Below are positions 54,897 to 64,000 of a stretch of DNA of 64,000 nucleotides, piece by piece. Source of the stretch: a virus; the IMG/VR virus record IMGVR_UViG_3300005265_000001, positions 1-64,000 of that record, one strand, 5' to 3'. Each line of letters starts with the position of its first letter. Position 1 is the stretch's first letter. The position numbers were made by a program, and so were the translations under genes. The notes under the pieces were generated by a model, which had not been told where the DNA came from, made no database searches, and was given only the letters and a program-made list of their open reading frames with translations.

Positions 54897-56848
54897 TGGG
54901 TGATATACAGAATCTTATTGATAAATCTTTAACTGAAAGTGAAAATTTTGTGTCTTCAATTAACTGTATTCGGTTAAATGATACAAATGTCAATTTACCA
55001 CGTGGAAATTCCATTAGATTTTATCATAGCAAAATTACAGGTATATTTAAAAATGTCGAAACATATAAGGGGCGGGGGGATATTTTCAATAAAAGGGAAC
55101 AAACTGAATTTATTGATGATAATAACAAATATTATAATGCAATAGTAACAGAATATTCCCTTTTTAATAAATTCCATGTGAAAGGATCGGAAATAATTGC
55201 AGTTTCAACAACATTTCAAGAAATTGAGCTTGATGGTTGCAATGCAAAAATTATTGGAAATCCCTATTATGGTGATATTATTGAGGATTATCATGGAGCC
55301 ATTAAAGATACTTATATAAATGTTACAAATGGGAAATTGATAATCAAACACATGATAATAAAAAATTTGGATGTTTTACTCAAAGATTGTGAAAATGCTG
55401 TAATTGAATTTATAAATTGTGATTTTGATGCTATTAAAGAATTTGGGAATGTTACAAATTGTGAGATATATTTTGCACAATGTAGGGGAGTATCATTTTT
55501 GAGAAAAGGGCTTGTAATGACCAAGTCAAAAATTACTATAAATAATCAAGAAATAAAAAGTAGAAATGATGTAATTTTTAGTGGCACAGAATCGGAAATA
55601 ATTATAAACAATTCTCCCAATATATACTCTTCGGTTGGAATTGTAAATGGAAATGGAACTGATATTAGTATTTATAATTCAAAAATAGATGGAAATCCTC
55701 AATGCGCTTTTGAATTGAGTAATAAAAGCAATTTGAAAATTTCAAAAATTTTTGATGATATAAATTCAGAAGTCTTTCTTAAAAGTAATGATTCGGCAAT
55801 TGATATAAATAATATTCAATCAATATATTCTGAATCAAGTTGTTTTAGTGTTAAAAATTCTTTTGTGAAATTGAATGGGTTTAATATTATTGAAAGTCAA
55901 GATGAAATAATCAATTCAAATCAATCAACCATTAATTATTTCGACGGGAACACAATAAAAGGAATTTCTTTGACTTCTAATAATGATAATTCAATTTTGT
56001 TTAAATCTATAAATACTATTGAAATAGAAACATCGTCATATACCAATTCAAATGTTAAATTTATTGATATAACAGATTTAGATAGTATTATAAATTATAG
56101 TAATTCCAATATATTGAAACTTAATGTTGATACAATAGATAAAGACATAACAACAAACAATTCTAATTTATCTATATATAATAATAGAATACTTAAAAAT
56201 GTCACAGCAAGCAATAAAAGCATTTTTAAGATTTTAACATTTAATGAAATGGGCAATTTTACTTCAAATGATAGTGTGGCAATTATAAAAAAAGGAACTA
56301 AAACAGGAAATATAAATTTGAATGGATCAAAGATAAAAATAGCAAATCTTAATGAAATTGGGTCAATCAACGCAAATAATGATAGTTATTTGGAGGTAAA
56401 ATATATTTCAAATGTTGATGATATAAATGTTTCAGATGGTAGATTCTTAAATCTTTATGATTTGGCTATAACAAGTGGATTGAACTTTGATGGATTTACT
56501 TGTATTTCTAAAGATATAAAAATGGGGTCTTTAAATATTGCCGCAAAAAAAGCGGATTTGTTAAAAATTTATTGTAAAGGAACAATGGAAATTTCGGGGG
56601 CATCTAATGTTGATATGGCCGATATTAGAACAAACGGTTTAAATATAGCAAATTCGTCTAATGTAATGGGAAAAACAGTAAATTCGGGAAGTTTAAATAT
56701 TAGTGGTGGAAGTGTAAATATAAACATTTCGGGTCTTAATGGATGCGGAACTATTTCTGTAAGTAGTTCTCATGATGTTAGCATTTCGCCTGTTACTGCC
56801 ACAAACATCACAATATCCAATTCTAAATGTAATTTGATAAATTATTAA
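54896..56848 (+). CDS. long beta-helix-like tail-associated protein
   Basis: 650 aa, N/S/I-rich periodic beta pattern. Confidence 0.6.
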   Translation: MGDIQNLIDKSLTESENFVSSINCIRLNDTNVNLPRGNSIRFYHSKITGIFKNVETYKGRGDIFNKREQTEFIDDNNKYYNAIVTEYSLFNKFHVKGSEIIAVSTTFQEIELDGCNAKIIGNPYYGDIIEDYHGAIKDTYINVTNGKLIIKHMIIKNLDVLLKDCENAVIEFINCDFDAIKEFGNVTNCEIYFAQCRGVSFLRKGLVMTKSKITINNQEIKSRNDVIFSGTESEIIINNSPNIYSSVGIVNGNGTDISIYNSKIDGNPQCAFELSNKSNLKISKIFDDINSEVFLKSNDSAIDINNIQSIYSESSCFSVKNSFVKLNGFNIIESQDEIINSNQSTINYFDGNTIKGISLTSNNDNSILFKSINTIEIETSSYTNSNVKFIDITDLDSIINYSNSNILKLNVDTIDKDITTNNSNLSIYNNRILKNVTASNKSIFKILTFNEMGNFTSNDSVAIIKKGTKTGNINLNGSKIKIANLNEIGSINANNDSYLEVKYISNVDDINVSDGRFLNLYDLAITSGLNFDGFTCISKDIKMGSLNIAAKKADLLKIYCKGTMEISGASNVDMADIRTNGLNIANSSNVMGKTVNSGSLNISGGSVNINISGLNGCGTISVSSSHDVSISPVTATNITISNSKCNLINY

Positions 56849-56871
56849 AATAAAAACAAAGGATAATAAAA

Positions 56872-58293
56872 ATGGATTTAGAACCAAGAATTTCATACAT
56901 AAATAAAACTTATGATGATATTAAAGAATATATTATAAGGTTAATTCCAAAAATAACTGATAAATGGACAAATTTCAATGAATCTGATATTGGGATTGTT
57001 ATTATTGAATTATTTGCGGCAATTGCAGATATGTTAAATTTTTATATTGATAATCAAGCCAATGAATCCTATCTCAAAACCGCACTTGAAAGAAAAAATA
57101 TCTATAAATTAGTTCAATTAATTGGTTATAAACCACACAATTATATATCCTCACAGGGAACGGCAATAATTTCAATTGATAGTCCAATTTCAAATGATAT
57201 TTTGATACCAAAATGGACACAAATATCCTCAAAATCTAATCTAAAATTTTATACAATGGAAGAGGCAATTATTCATGCGGGTGATGTTTCCACAAGTGTT
57301 AAAATAAAAGAAGGATTGTTGGCAATTGAAACAGTAAATTCACCTGGTATTCAAGATTGGGAATATAAATTAAACAATCCACAAATTGATATAACAACTA
57401 TTTCAGTTCGATTCAATAATATTGAATGGGAATGGAAAAAAACACTTATAAATTCCACAAAAGATGATACTCATTACACAACTTATTTGGATGCGGAGGG
57501 AAATGTGTATTTAATTTTTGGAGATGGTATAAATGGAAAAATGCCGGATTTAGAAGATGTTGGAGAAATTAAATACTTGTTATCAAATGGAGAAATTGGA
57601 AATGTTGGTAGTGATTTTTTGACAAATATAGACAATGTGATTTATGATTCGGCTGGAAATAAAATTGACAATATCAATGTTCAAAATAATGAAAATATTA
57701 CGGGGGGAACGGGGGTAGAAACACTTAATCATATCAAAAAGTATGCTGGAAAAGAATTACGGACACTTGATAGAATGGTGACAGTTGATGATTATAAAAC
57801 TATTATAGATTTACACCCCTCTATTTGTAAATCTGCGGTTTATGATATTTCAAATGCCGATAAAATTCCATTTCGATTTGCAAAGATTTATGCCATTCCT
57901 AATGGAGGTGGAAATTTAACAACATCTCAAAAGGCAGATTTGCTTGAATATGTCTCAAATTATGCTTTAATTGGAACAACTGCTATTATTGATGATGTGA
58001 AATACAAAAATATTGATTTTGAAATAAATGCCTATTATTATTCACAATATGATAAAAATGTGATTAAAAATACTTTGAATCAGATTATTACTGATTATTT
58101 TTCCGTGGAATCTGAATATATTGAATTTGGAACTAATATTGTAAATTTAACTGAATTATATTCAATGTTAAATGAGGTTGAAGGTGTAGCATACATTGAC
58201 AACATAAATCCAACTGAAAGTTTTATTGAATTGGAAGAGGGCGAATATCCTCTATTATCAACATATAAAATAAATATGGAAAAGGTGAATTAA
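56872..58293 (+). CDS. baseplate wedge protein (gp6/baseplate J-like)
   Basis: WTNFNESDIG, FGDGINGKMP, GGTGVET, RMVTVDDY. Confidence 0.92.
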   Translation: MDLEPRISYINKTYDDIKEYIIRLIPKITDKWTNFNESDIGIVIIELFAAIADMLNFYIDNQANESYLKTALERKNIYKLVQLIGYKPHNYISSQGTAIISIDSPISNDILIPKWTQISSKSNLKFYTMEEAIIHAGDVSTSVKIKEGLLAIETVNSPGIQDWEYKLNNPQIDITTISVRFNNIEWEWKKTLINSTKDDTHYTTYLDAEGNVYLIFGDGINGKMPDLEDVGEIKYLLSNGEIGNVGSDFLTNIDNVIYDSAGNKIDNINVQNNENITGGTGVETLNHIKKYAGKELRTLDRMVTVDDYKTIIDLHPSICKSAVYDISNADKIPFRFAKIYAIPNGGGNLTTSQKADLLEYVSNYALIGTTAIIDDVKYKNIDFEINAYYYSQYDKNVIKNTLNQIITDYFSVESEYIEFGTNIVNLTELYSMLNEVEGVAYIDNINPTESFIELEEGEYPLLSTYKINMEKVN

Positions 58294-58295
58294 CT

Positions 58296-59285
58296 ATGAA
58301 ATACATATTAGATAGAGTTATTTTGATGGTTATAATTGCGGGGATGCTTTTTGCTGGATTGTGGGCTTTTAAATCTTATTTGGAAACAAAAAAAGCAATT
58401 GCATACAAACAACTTGAACACCAAGATAAAGAATATTTGAAAGAATTTGTGAAATTGAAGGATGAAATAGTAAAATTAAAAAGTGAAAGTGTTTCTGAAA
58501 GAAAAATCAAAAAAATAATCAAAGAAGAAATGGGAAAGGTTGTAGTTGATGCAATTAAAAAACATAAAGAAAAACCACAACTTATAACTGTTTCAACCGT
58601 AAACACGAAACAAGAAGTCGAATTGGACCCAAAAATTTGGAAACATTATGAAAATAAAGATAATCCCCATGCTGAATACTATTTTATGAAATTATATAAA
58701 ACTGATTCAAGTGGAACGAAAATTCCTTGGGCATGGGTCATGTATTTTCCAAATAGAGATAAAAAATGGAAATATGGGTTTTATCCATTGAAGTTAAGGT
58801 CAAAAACAGTTGTAACTAAACAAGAAACGGGCGGATTAAATACCTATACTCAATTGACAGTCGAAAATGAAAAGGATAAAGATTCGGCGGGAAAAATTCA
58901 AAAATTAACAATTTCCCCAAAAGATTCTTATGTTAAATTTGTATATCCCCCAAAAAGAGAACGTTTTCATTGGTGGAATCCTAATTTGTCAATTGGTTAT
59001 GGGGTCTATTATAATATAGATGATGATAATTTTGTAAATGGTTTGGAATTTGGTTTTAACTTTTTGAATTATGGAGTTAAAGAACGTGTAAATTATAAAT
59101 TTTTAACATTTGGAATTGGGTCTAATTTTGGTGATGATAATTGGGGCTTTGTAAGTCCTGTGGAAATAAATTTGCAAAAATTTAGAATCCCTCTAATTCA
59201 CCATATTCATTTGATACCTGTAAAAGCGGGATATACAGATGGAAGTGATTGGTTAATTGGAAGCGGATTAAATATTGAATTTTAA
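58296..59285 (+). CDS. membrane-anchored coiled-coil protein with C-terminal beta-rich domain
   Basis: N-terminal TM helix, coiled coil, amphipathic strands ending GLNIEF. Confidence 0.6.
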   Translation: MKYILDRVILMVIIAGMLFAGLWAFKSYLETKKAIAYKQLEHQDKEYLKEFVKLKDEIVKLKSESVSERKIKKIIKEEMGKVVVDAIKKHKEKPQLITVSTVNTKQEVELDPKIWKHYENKDNPHAEYYFMKLYKTDSSGTKIPWAWVMYFPNRDKKWKYGFYPLKLRSKTVVTKQETGGLNTYTQLTVENEKDKDSAGKIQKLTISPKDSYVKFVYPPKRERFHWWNPNLSIGYGVYYNIDDDNFVNGLEFGFNFLNYGVKERVNYKFLTFGIGSNFGDDNWGFVSPVEINLQKFRIPLIHHIHLIPVKAGYTDGSDWLIGSGLNIEF

Positions 59286-59305
59286 TAAAAAAGGAGATTG
59301 TAAAA

Positions 59306-60316
59306 ATGGCAATTAAAAGAATACCTGGGTATTATGTTTTATATGATAGGTTGAGAAGTGATAAGTATTTTATGGGATATGATTATGGATTTAGAGTTCA
59401 ATTAATGCAGGCTGATTTTGTATTTGATCCTGTAAATCATAAGTCTTGGAATAATATTTCGTCACACGCTTTACCTTCTGGAAACGGTTATTCTCCAATA
59501 ACAGTAGATCATGGATATTTAAGAGACCCAACCAGAGCAGGTGCAATTTACACTAATTCAGAAGGAAATTATGTATCGTCAGCAAGATATAAATATAACA
59601 ATTCTACTGATTCTGTTTTGTGGACGGCTTCTGGGGGGGACATTGGTCCAACTTCGGGGGCCTGTATATGGCATACCTATGGGAATGCAAATGCGGGAGT
59701 TGCGTATGCTATTGTTGGTTATATTGATTTTGGGCAAAATATAACTATAACAGATGGTGACACTTTAAAATTGGATCATTGTTTTTGGTTCGATTTTGTA
59801 AATGATTCAGAATATATTTCCAACTCCATATTTAGGAATTTTGCCTATTATGATGTTTATAAAAATAGATGGGACGTTTTTTCGTCACAATATGAACTTC
59901 AAACATCTGAAAAAGTTCAAATGGCTTTGGTTAAACCAAGTTTTGTTTGGAGTAAAGGTATTAAAACAAAAGGGGATGTAAATTCGGCGGATCTTTTACC
60001 CGCTGGAAATGGTTATAGTGTAAAAAATTTAAAAAATCCCCACCAAACCATTGTGTATGAGAGTGATAAAGCCTATGTTCAATTTTCGTGGGACAATGTT
60101 ATTTGGATTGCGTCTGGGGGAGATATTGGACCAACGTCGGGAGCAATATTATATAGTTTAAATACAAATGTTAGATTGATAACATCTACTTCTAATTATG
60201 AAAGCGTAAATTACCCAATGTTAGGTTATATTGATTTTCTCAGTGATATTACTGTAACAGATGGTCAAACATTAACAGTTAAAAATATAAAAATTAAAAT
60301 AAATTCAATATATTAG
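59306..60316 (+). CDS. virion structural protein, tandem duplicated domain
   Basis: two copies of LP.GNGYS...W.ASGGDIGPTSGA...GYIDF...TDG. Confidence 0.75.
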   Translation: MAIKRIPGYYVLYDRLRSDKYFMGYDYGFRVQLMQADFVFDPVNHKSWNNISSHALPSGNGYSPITVDHGYLRDPTRAGAIYTNSEGNYVSSARYKYNNSTDSVLWTASGGDIGPTSGACIWHTYGNANAGVAYAIVGYIDFGQNITITDGDTLKLDHCFWFDFVNDSEYISNSIFRNFAYYDVYKNRWDVFSSQYELQTSEKVQMALVKPSFVWSKGIKTKGDVNSADLLPAGNGYSVKNLKNPHQTIVYESDKAYVQFSWDNVIWIASGGDIGPTSGAILYSLNTNVRLITSTSNYESVNYPMLGYIDFLSDITVTDGQTLTVKNIKIKINSIY

Positions 60317-60328
60317 GACTAAAAACCT

Positions 60329-62575
60329 TTGGCGGCTATTGTAATTGAAAGCAAAATTGATTTTAAAGAAAACGATTTTCATCCATTATATGATGTGGAT
60401 GGAACCAATTTTGTTCATTCTAAAATTGATTTTCAGGGGATACCGTCAAAATTTTCAACTAATGAATTAACCTATGATGGGCATGTTATAGACAATTACA
60501 CACATGCCCAAAGTAACCTTTATTTACAAAGTGTTGATATTTCCCATGAAGAAGCAATAGGTTCCGCAACACGAGTTGATTCAAAACTTTATTTAATTTC
60601 AGAAATCAATGGTGATTATGATATTGACCATTATAGGTTTGTAGATACCTGGATACAATTTAAAGGTATTCCAAACAAATTTTCAACTAATGAATTAACC
60701 TATGATGGACACGTTATAGACAATCAAACAAACGCCAAGTCTAATTTGTTACTTGAAAGTTCGGGGCCAAGCGGTGAAACTGATATTAGAGATGCCATAA
60801 GAAAAACTTCTAATATTCAATTTAGTTCTGAGCATTTATTGGGATTTTATGATGTTGATGGTGTTGTTTTTGCCCATTCAAAAATTGATTTTGAAGGTAT
60901 TCCAAACAAATTTTCAACTAATGAATTAACCTATGATGGTTATACAATTGATAATCAAACAGATGCAAAGTCTAATTTATATTTTGAAAGTGATTATATA
61001 AGTAAAGAAGTTGAAGCTGGTAGGGGGGAAAGAATTGAAACTAAAAAGGTTTTTAATGTAACACTTGAATGTGAAATAGATGATAATGTTAGTATTTTTG
61101 ATATTTCTTTACCAACAGAAACATCATTATCATATTTTTTACAAGTTGATAGATATTTTTATAATTTAGGGTTAGATGGAATTGCGGAAATATCCGCCAC
61201 AGAACCGCATTTGGGAAAGGTTTTAGAAGCAATTCCAATTGAAAGTGATACTGAAATTAATGCTGTATTTGCGGAAGAATATTGGGCAACCCCCGGAAAT
61301 GTAGAATCTATTTCAGAAATTTCAAATGGATTATATGTAGATAAAATACTTTATGGCAATCTTTTTAATTCAGAAACTAACATTGGTTTTGATTATGTTG
61401 TAGATGTTTATATAAATGAAAATTTATTAAATATTTCTACTGAACTTATTTCAGAATTGGCAGTTGGTGTTTTGGTAGAACCAACTGAATTAAATGTTGA
61501 TTCTAATATAGATGCCACACAATTTTTGAATATAAATGCTTTTCCTGGGCCTATTGAATCTATAACTGAATTAATTGGATTTTATACACAAGACACTATT
61601 ATTATGAATCCCACCCTTATAAGTGAGGGTGAAAATAAATTTGATTCACTTATTTTAGAAGTATTTGGTGATTATTTCAATTCAATTGGAAGTTTTGATT
61701 TTAATATTGTTAAAGGTCTTGTAATTATTCCCAATTCTTTGAAACTTTCTACTGATATATCTTTTAATTTAGAGGTTGGGTGGATAAATATACATGCAAT
61801 TGTAATGTATTCTAATTTATCTCTTGGGGCACATGCGGCAACTGATACACTTATATATCCAAACCCATTAAATTCAATAAATTCTTTAAATTATTATCAA
61901 ATAACTGATCTCATAGTTAGGGATTTTGATTTAGAAAGTATTGCTAAATTAAAATATTTGCCCGATACAGTTGTAAATTTAAAAGACCCGATTCTATCAA
62001 ATTCGGAAGTATTATATTTATTAGGGGATTTAAAAGGGCCTCCATTACACACAAACACTGAAATTAAGTATAATTTTGAAATTTATTATACAAAAAAACC
62101 TGGACATGATTATTTAGTAAGTATAGAGCGGTTAGGGAAAAGAAGTCAAGAATTATTTTCCCAAAAAACTCAAAAAACAATAGGAAATGGGGTAGATTTT
62201 CCGTTTAAATATGATAAAGAGGGGCTTGATACAAATGCTGGACTTGAATTGATAAACGATTCGATTGAAATGATACTTTCAACTTGTAAGGGGTCGAGAT
62301 TTTTTGAACCTGAATTTGGGTCAAATTTATGTAAAATGGCCTTTGAGCCAATTGATGAATTGTTTTTTGAGAGATTAAAAATTGAAGTTGTTGATGCGTT
62401 AAGAAAATGGGAAAAAAGAATAAAAATTAAAAGGGTTGAATTATCAGATAAAGATGAAAACTTGATAAATAATGGAATAGTATATATTAAAATATTTTAT
62501 TCCATTAGAAACACACAAATAGAGGGTAACTATGTTTATCCATTTAGAACAAAAGAATTTTATGAAAGACAATAA
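60329..62575 (+). CDS. repeat-rich protein with C-terminal gp25/GPW-like baseplate domain
   Basis: C-terminal GVDFPF...INDSIEMILST.KGSRFFEPEFGS...FEP...WEKRI; three N-terminal ~76-aa repeats. Confidence 0.8.
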   Translation: MAAIVIESKIDFKENDFHPLYDVDGTNFVHSKIDFQGIPSKFSTNELTYDGHVIDNYTHAQSNLYLQSVDISHEEAIGSATRVDSKLYLISEINGDYDIDHYRFVDTWIQFKGIPNKFSTNELTYDGHVIDNQTNAKSNLLLESSGPSGETDIRDAIRKTSNIQFSSEHLLGFYDVDGVVFAHSKIDFEGIPNKFSTNELTYDGYTIDNQTDAKSNLYFESDYISKEVEAGRGERIETKKVFNVTLECEIDDNVSIFDISLPTETSLSYFLQVDRYFYNLGLDGIAEISATEPHLGKVLEAIPIESDTEINAVFAEEYWATPGNVESISEISNGLYVDKILYGNLFNSETNIGFDYVVDVYINENLLNISTELISELAVGVLVEPTELNVDSNIDATQFLNINAFPGPIESITELIGFYTQDTIIMNPTLISEGENKFDSLILEVFGDYFNSIGSFDFNIVKGLVIIPNSLKLSTDISFNLEVGWINIHAIVMYSNLSLGAHAATDTLIYPNPLNSINSLNYYQITDLIVRDFDLESIAKLKYLPDTVVNLKDPILSNSEVLYLLGDLKGPPLHTNTEIKYNFEIYYTKKPGHDYLVSIERLGKRSQELFSQKTQKTIGNGVDFPFKYDKEGLDTNAGLELINDSIEMILSTCKGSRFFEPEFGSNLCKMAFEPIDELFFERLKIEVVDALRKWEKRIKIKRVELSDKDENLINNGIVYIKIFYSIRNTQIEGNYVYPFRTKEFYERQ
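60449..60939 (+). repeat. three intragenic repeats (cores at 60449, 60677, 60908)
   Basis: identical AAATTTTCAACTAATGAATTAACCTATGATGG at spacings of 228 and 231 bp. Confidence 0.85.
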
Positions 62576-62593
62576 AAATAGGAGATTTTAAAA

Positions 62594-63526
62594 ATGGCAC
62601 ATAAAAAAATTATAACACCTGAAGTATTAAAGGAATTGTTATATAAAGGAAGTAGTTCTACGGGAATTTACAGCACAGGAAGAACGTTAAAAGTTTATTT
62701 AATGAATGATTCTTTTGTGTTTAATCCGGCCACTCATAAACAGTGGCCTAATGTTTCTTCTTATGTTCTACCTTCTGGAAATGGGTATTCTCCAAAGTCG
62801 CATTATTTTAATTCTCGGGCACATTGGGCGAATTATTCATATAATACCGCAAAATTATATTACTATCCTGGGGATAGTTGGGCGTCATGGACAGCAAGCG
62901 GGGGGAGTATAGGACCCACAAATGGGGCAATATTGTGGCTTGATTATTCAAGTCATGATTATATATGGGCGTATGTTGATTTTGGTGGAAGTATTACTAT
63001 TCCCGATGGAGAAAGTTTGGTAATAAAAAATATAGATGCTTTTTATTTTAATGATTTATCTACAAGTTGTATTTATAAAGATATTGTGGTTTCAGCACAA
63101 CAAAATTCATTATACATGACAGATATAAATGGTCATAATACACGATTATATTTAATGCAGTCTGGATTTACATGGAATCCTAATGTAAAAAAATGGGATG
63201 ATATTTCCTCACAAGCGTTAGCGTCTGGAAATGGTTATACGGCTGGAACAAAATTGAGTTATGTATCTTGTGGAGCTACAACTTCGGGAGAACTTTATAG
63301 TTATATAAAATATGGAGATTTAATATTTGCGGCAAATGGGGGACCTATTGGGCCGTCACCTGGGGCTATTATAATGGCATATAAAAGTGTTTATGTAGGT
63401 TCAACAACTATAAACAATCCAATTTTGGGGTATATAGATTTTGGTGGGGATAAAACCGCAAATGATGGAGACAATTTTGTTATTAACAATATAATGTTTA
63501 AACTATCTTCAAAAGATACTATTTAA
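62594..63526 (+). CDS. virion structural protein, paralogue of 59306
   Basis: two copies of L.SGNGY...A.GG.IGP..GA...Y.DFGG. Confidence 0.75.
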   Translation: MAHKKIITPEVLKELLYKGSSSTGIYSTGRTLKVYLMNDSFVFNPATHKQWPNVSSYVLPSGNGYSPKSHYFNSRAHWANYSYNTAKLYYYPGDSWASWTASGGSIGPTNGAILWLDYSSHDYIWAYVDFGGSITIPDGESLVIKNIDAFYFNDLSTSCIYKDIVVSAQQNSLYMTDINGHNTRLYLMQSGFTWNPNVKKWDDISSQALASGNGYTAGTKLSYVSCGATTSGELYSYIKYGDLIFAANGGPIGPSPGAIIMAYKSVYVGSTTINNPILGYIDFGGDKTANDGDNFVINNIMFKLSSKDTI

Positions 63527-63537
63527 AAAAGTGAATT

Positions 63538-64000
63538 ATGGAATTTGATGTTTTATATTCAACAGGATTTATAACAAACGGTGTTGGAAAAATTTCCAAT
63601 GATTCTGTTCTTGTAAATAGATACGATGTAACAGATTTTATAGTTCCTGCTAATGGTAAAATATCAAATGATTCTGTTCTTGTAAATAGATACGATGTAA
63701 CAGATTTTATCATTTCCGCTAATGGTAAAATATCAAATGATTCTGTTCTTGTAAATAGATACGATGTAACAGATTTTATAGTTCCCGCTAATGGAAAGGT
63801 TTCTAATGATTCCATTTTGGTAAACGCAAACCGTGGAATTGCTTTTAGATTGAGGGGTGCATATAATTATGAGCAATTAATTGATGAGCCTGAAAAAGTT
63901 ACTATTGATGGATATGCCGATTTAGATTTTAGTCATTTAGCAATTGATAAAATAATGACAAATTCAGAAGTTGATTCAACATCAGAATTGACTTCAATGG
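63538..64000 (+). CDS. repeat-containing structural protein (3' truncated, not in ORF track)
   Basis: open frame MEFDVLYSTGF... to the window end. Confidence 0.7.
   Translation, partial: MEFDVLYSTGFITNGVGKISNDSVLVNRYDVTDFIVPANGKISNDSVLVNRYDVTDFIISANGKISNDSVLVNRYDVTDFIVPANGKVSNDSILVNANRGIAFRLRGAYNYEQLIDEPEKVTIDGYADLDFSHLAIDKIMTNSEVDSTSELTSM
63586..63824 (+). repeat. 69-bp in-frame tandem repeat, about 3.4 copies
   Basis: unit GKISNDSVLVNRYDVTDFIVPAN; AATGATT recurs at 63598, 63667, 63736, 63805. Confidence 0.9.

Noticed and set aside
765-63815. Minus-strand ORFs in the track (e.g. 9503-10072, 13505-13945, 17414-17899)
   Set aside because: They shadow + strand genes or tRNAs, have F/S/I-biased antisense composition and carry no recognisable motifs
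63586-63824. Regular repeats resembling a CRISPR array
   Set aside because: Period is 69 bp (23 codons), the would-be spacers are near-identical, and the frame is open: a coding tandem repeat

Overview
64 kb of an AT-rich, large contractile-tailed (myovirus-type) bacteriophage genome. Every credible gene is on the + strand and reads in the standard code. Layout: (1) 1-17 kb, T4-like replication, recombination and packaging core (DnaB-like helicase end, sigma-factor-like protein, terminase subunits, RecA/UvsX, 5'-3' exonuclease, Mre11/Rad50-like pair, gp32-like SSB, primase); (2) 10.7-40.5 kb (overlapping the end of the core), accessory region with 9 tRNAs and many small ORFs; (3) 40.6-64 kb, Kelch proteins, glycosyltransferase, tail sheath, tube, tape measure and baseplate. 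Two candidate undescribed systems stand out. (A) A promoter-to-terminator cassette at 25.57-28.03 kb: three covarying structured RNAs, each displaying a different tRNA-anticodon-like 7-nt loop, precede a 693-aa helical + TerD-like protein. The phage's own tRNAs also have remodelled anticodon arms (C33 in three tRNAs, an initiator-type tRNA lacking the three G-C pairs, short-arm tRNA-Leu). (B) Twelve proteins share an N-terminal HKYLRKYKGKNGKWVYIYKE-type leader fused to variable C-terminal domains (JAB, ADP-ribosyltransferase-like, phosphoribosyltransferase, others), and each JAB member is preceded by a small related helical ORF. All family assignments are from motif recognition by eye; no database search was run.
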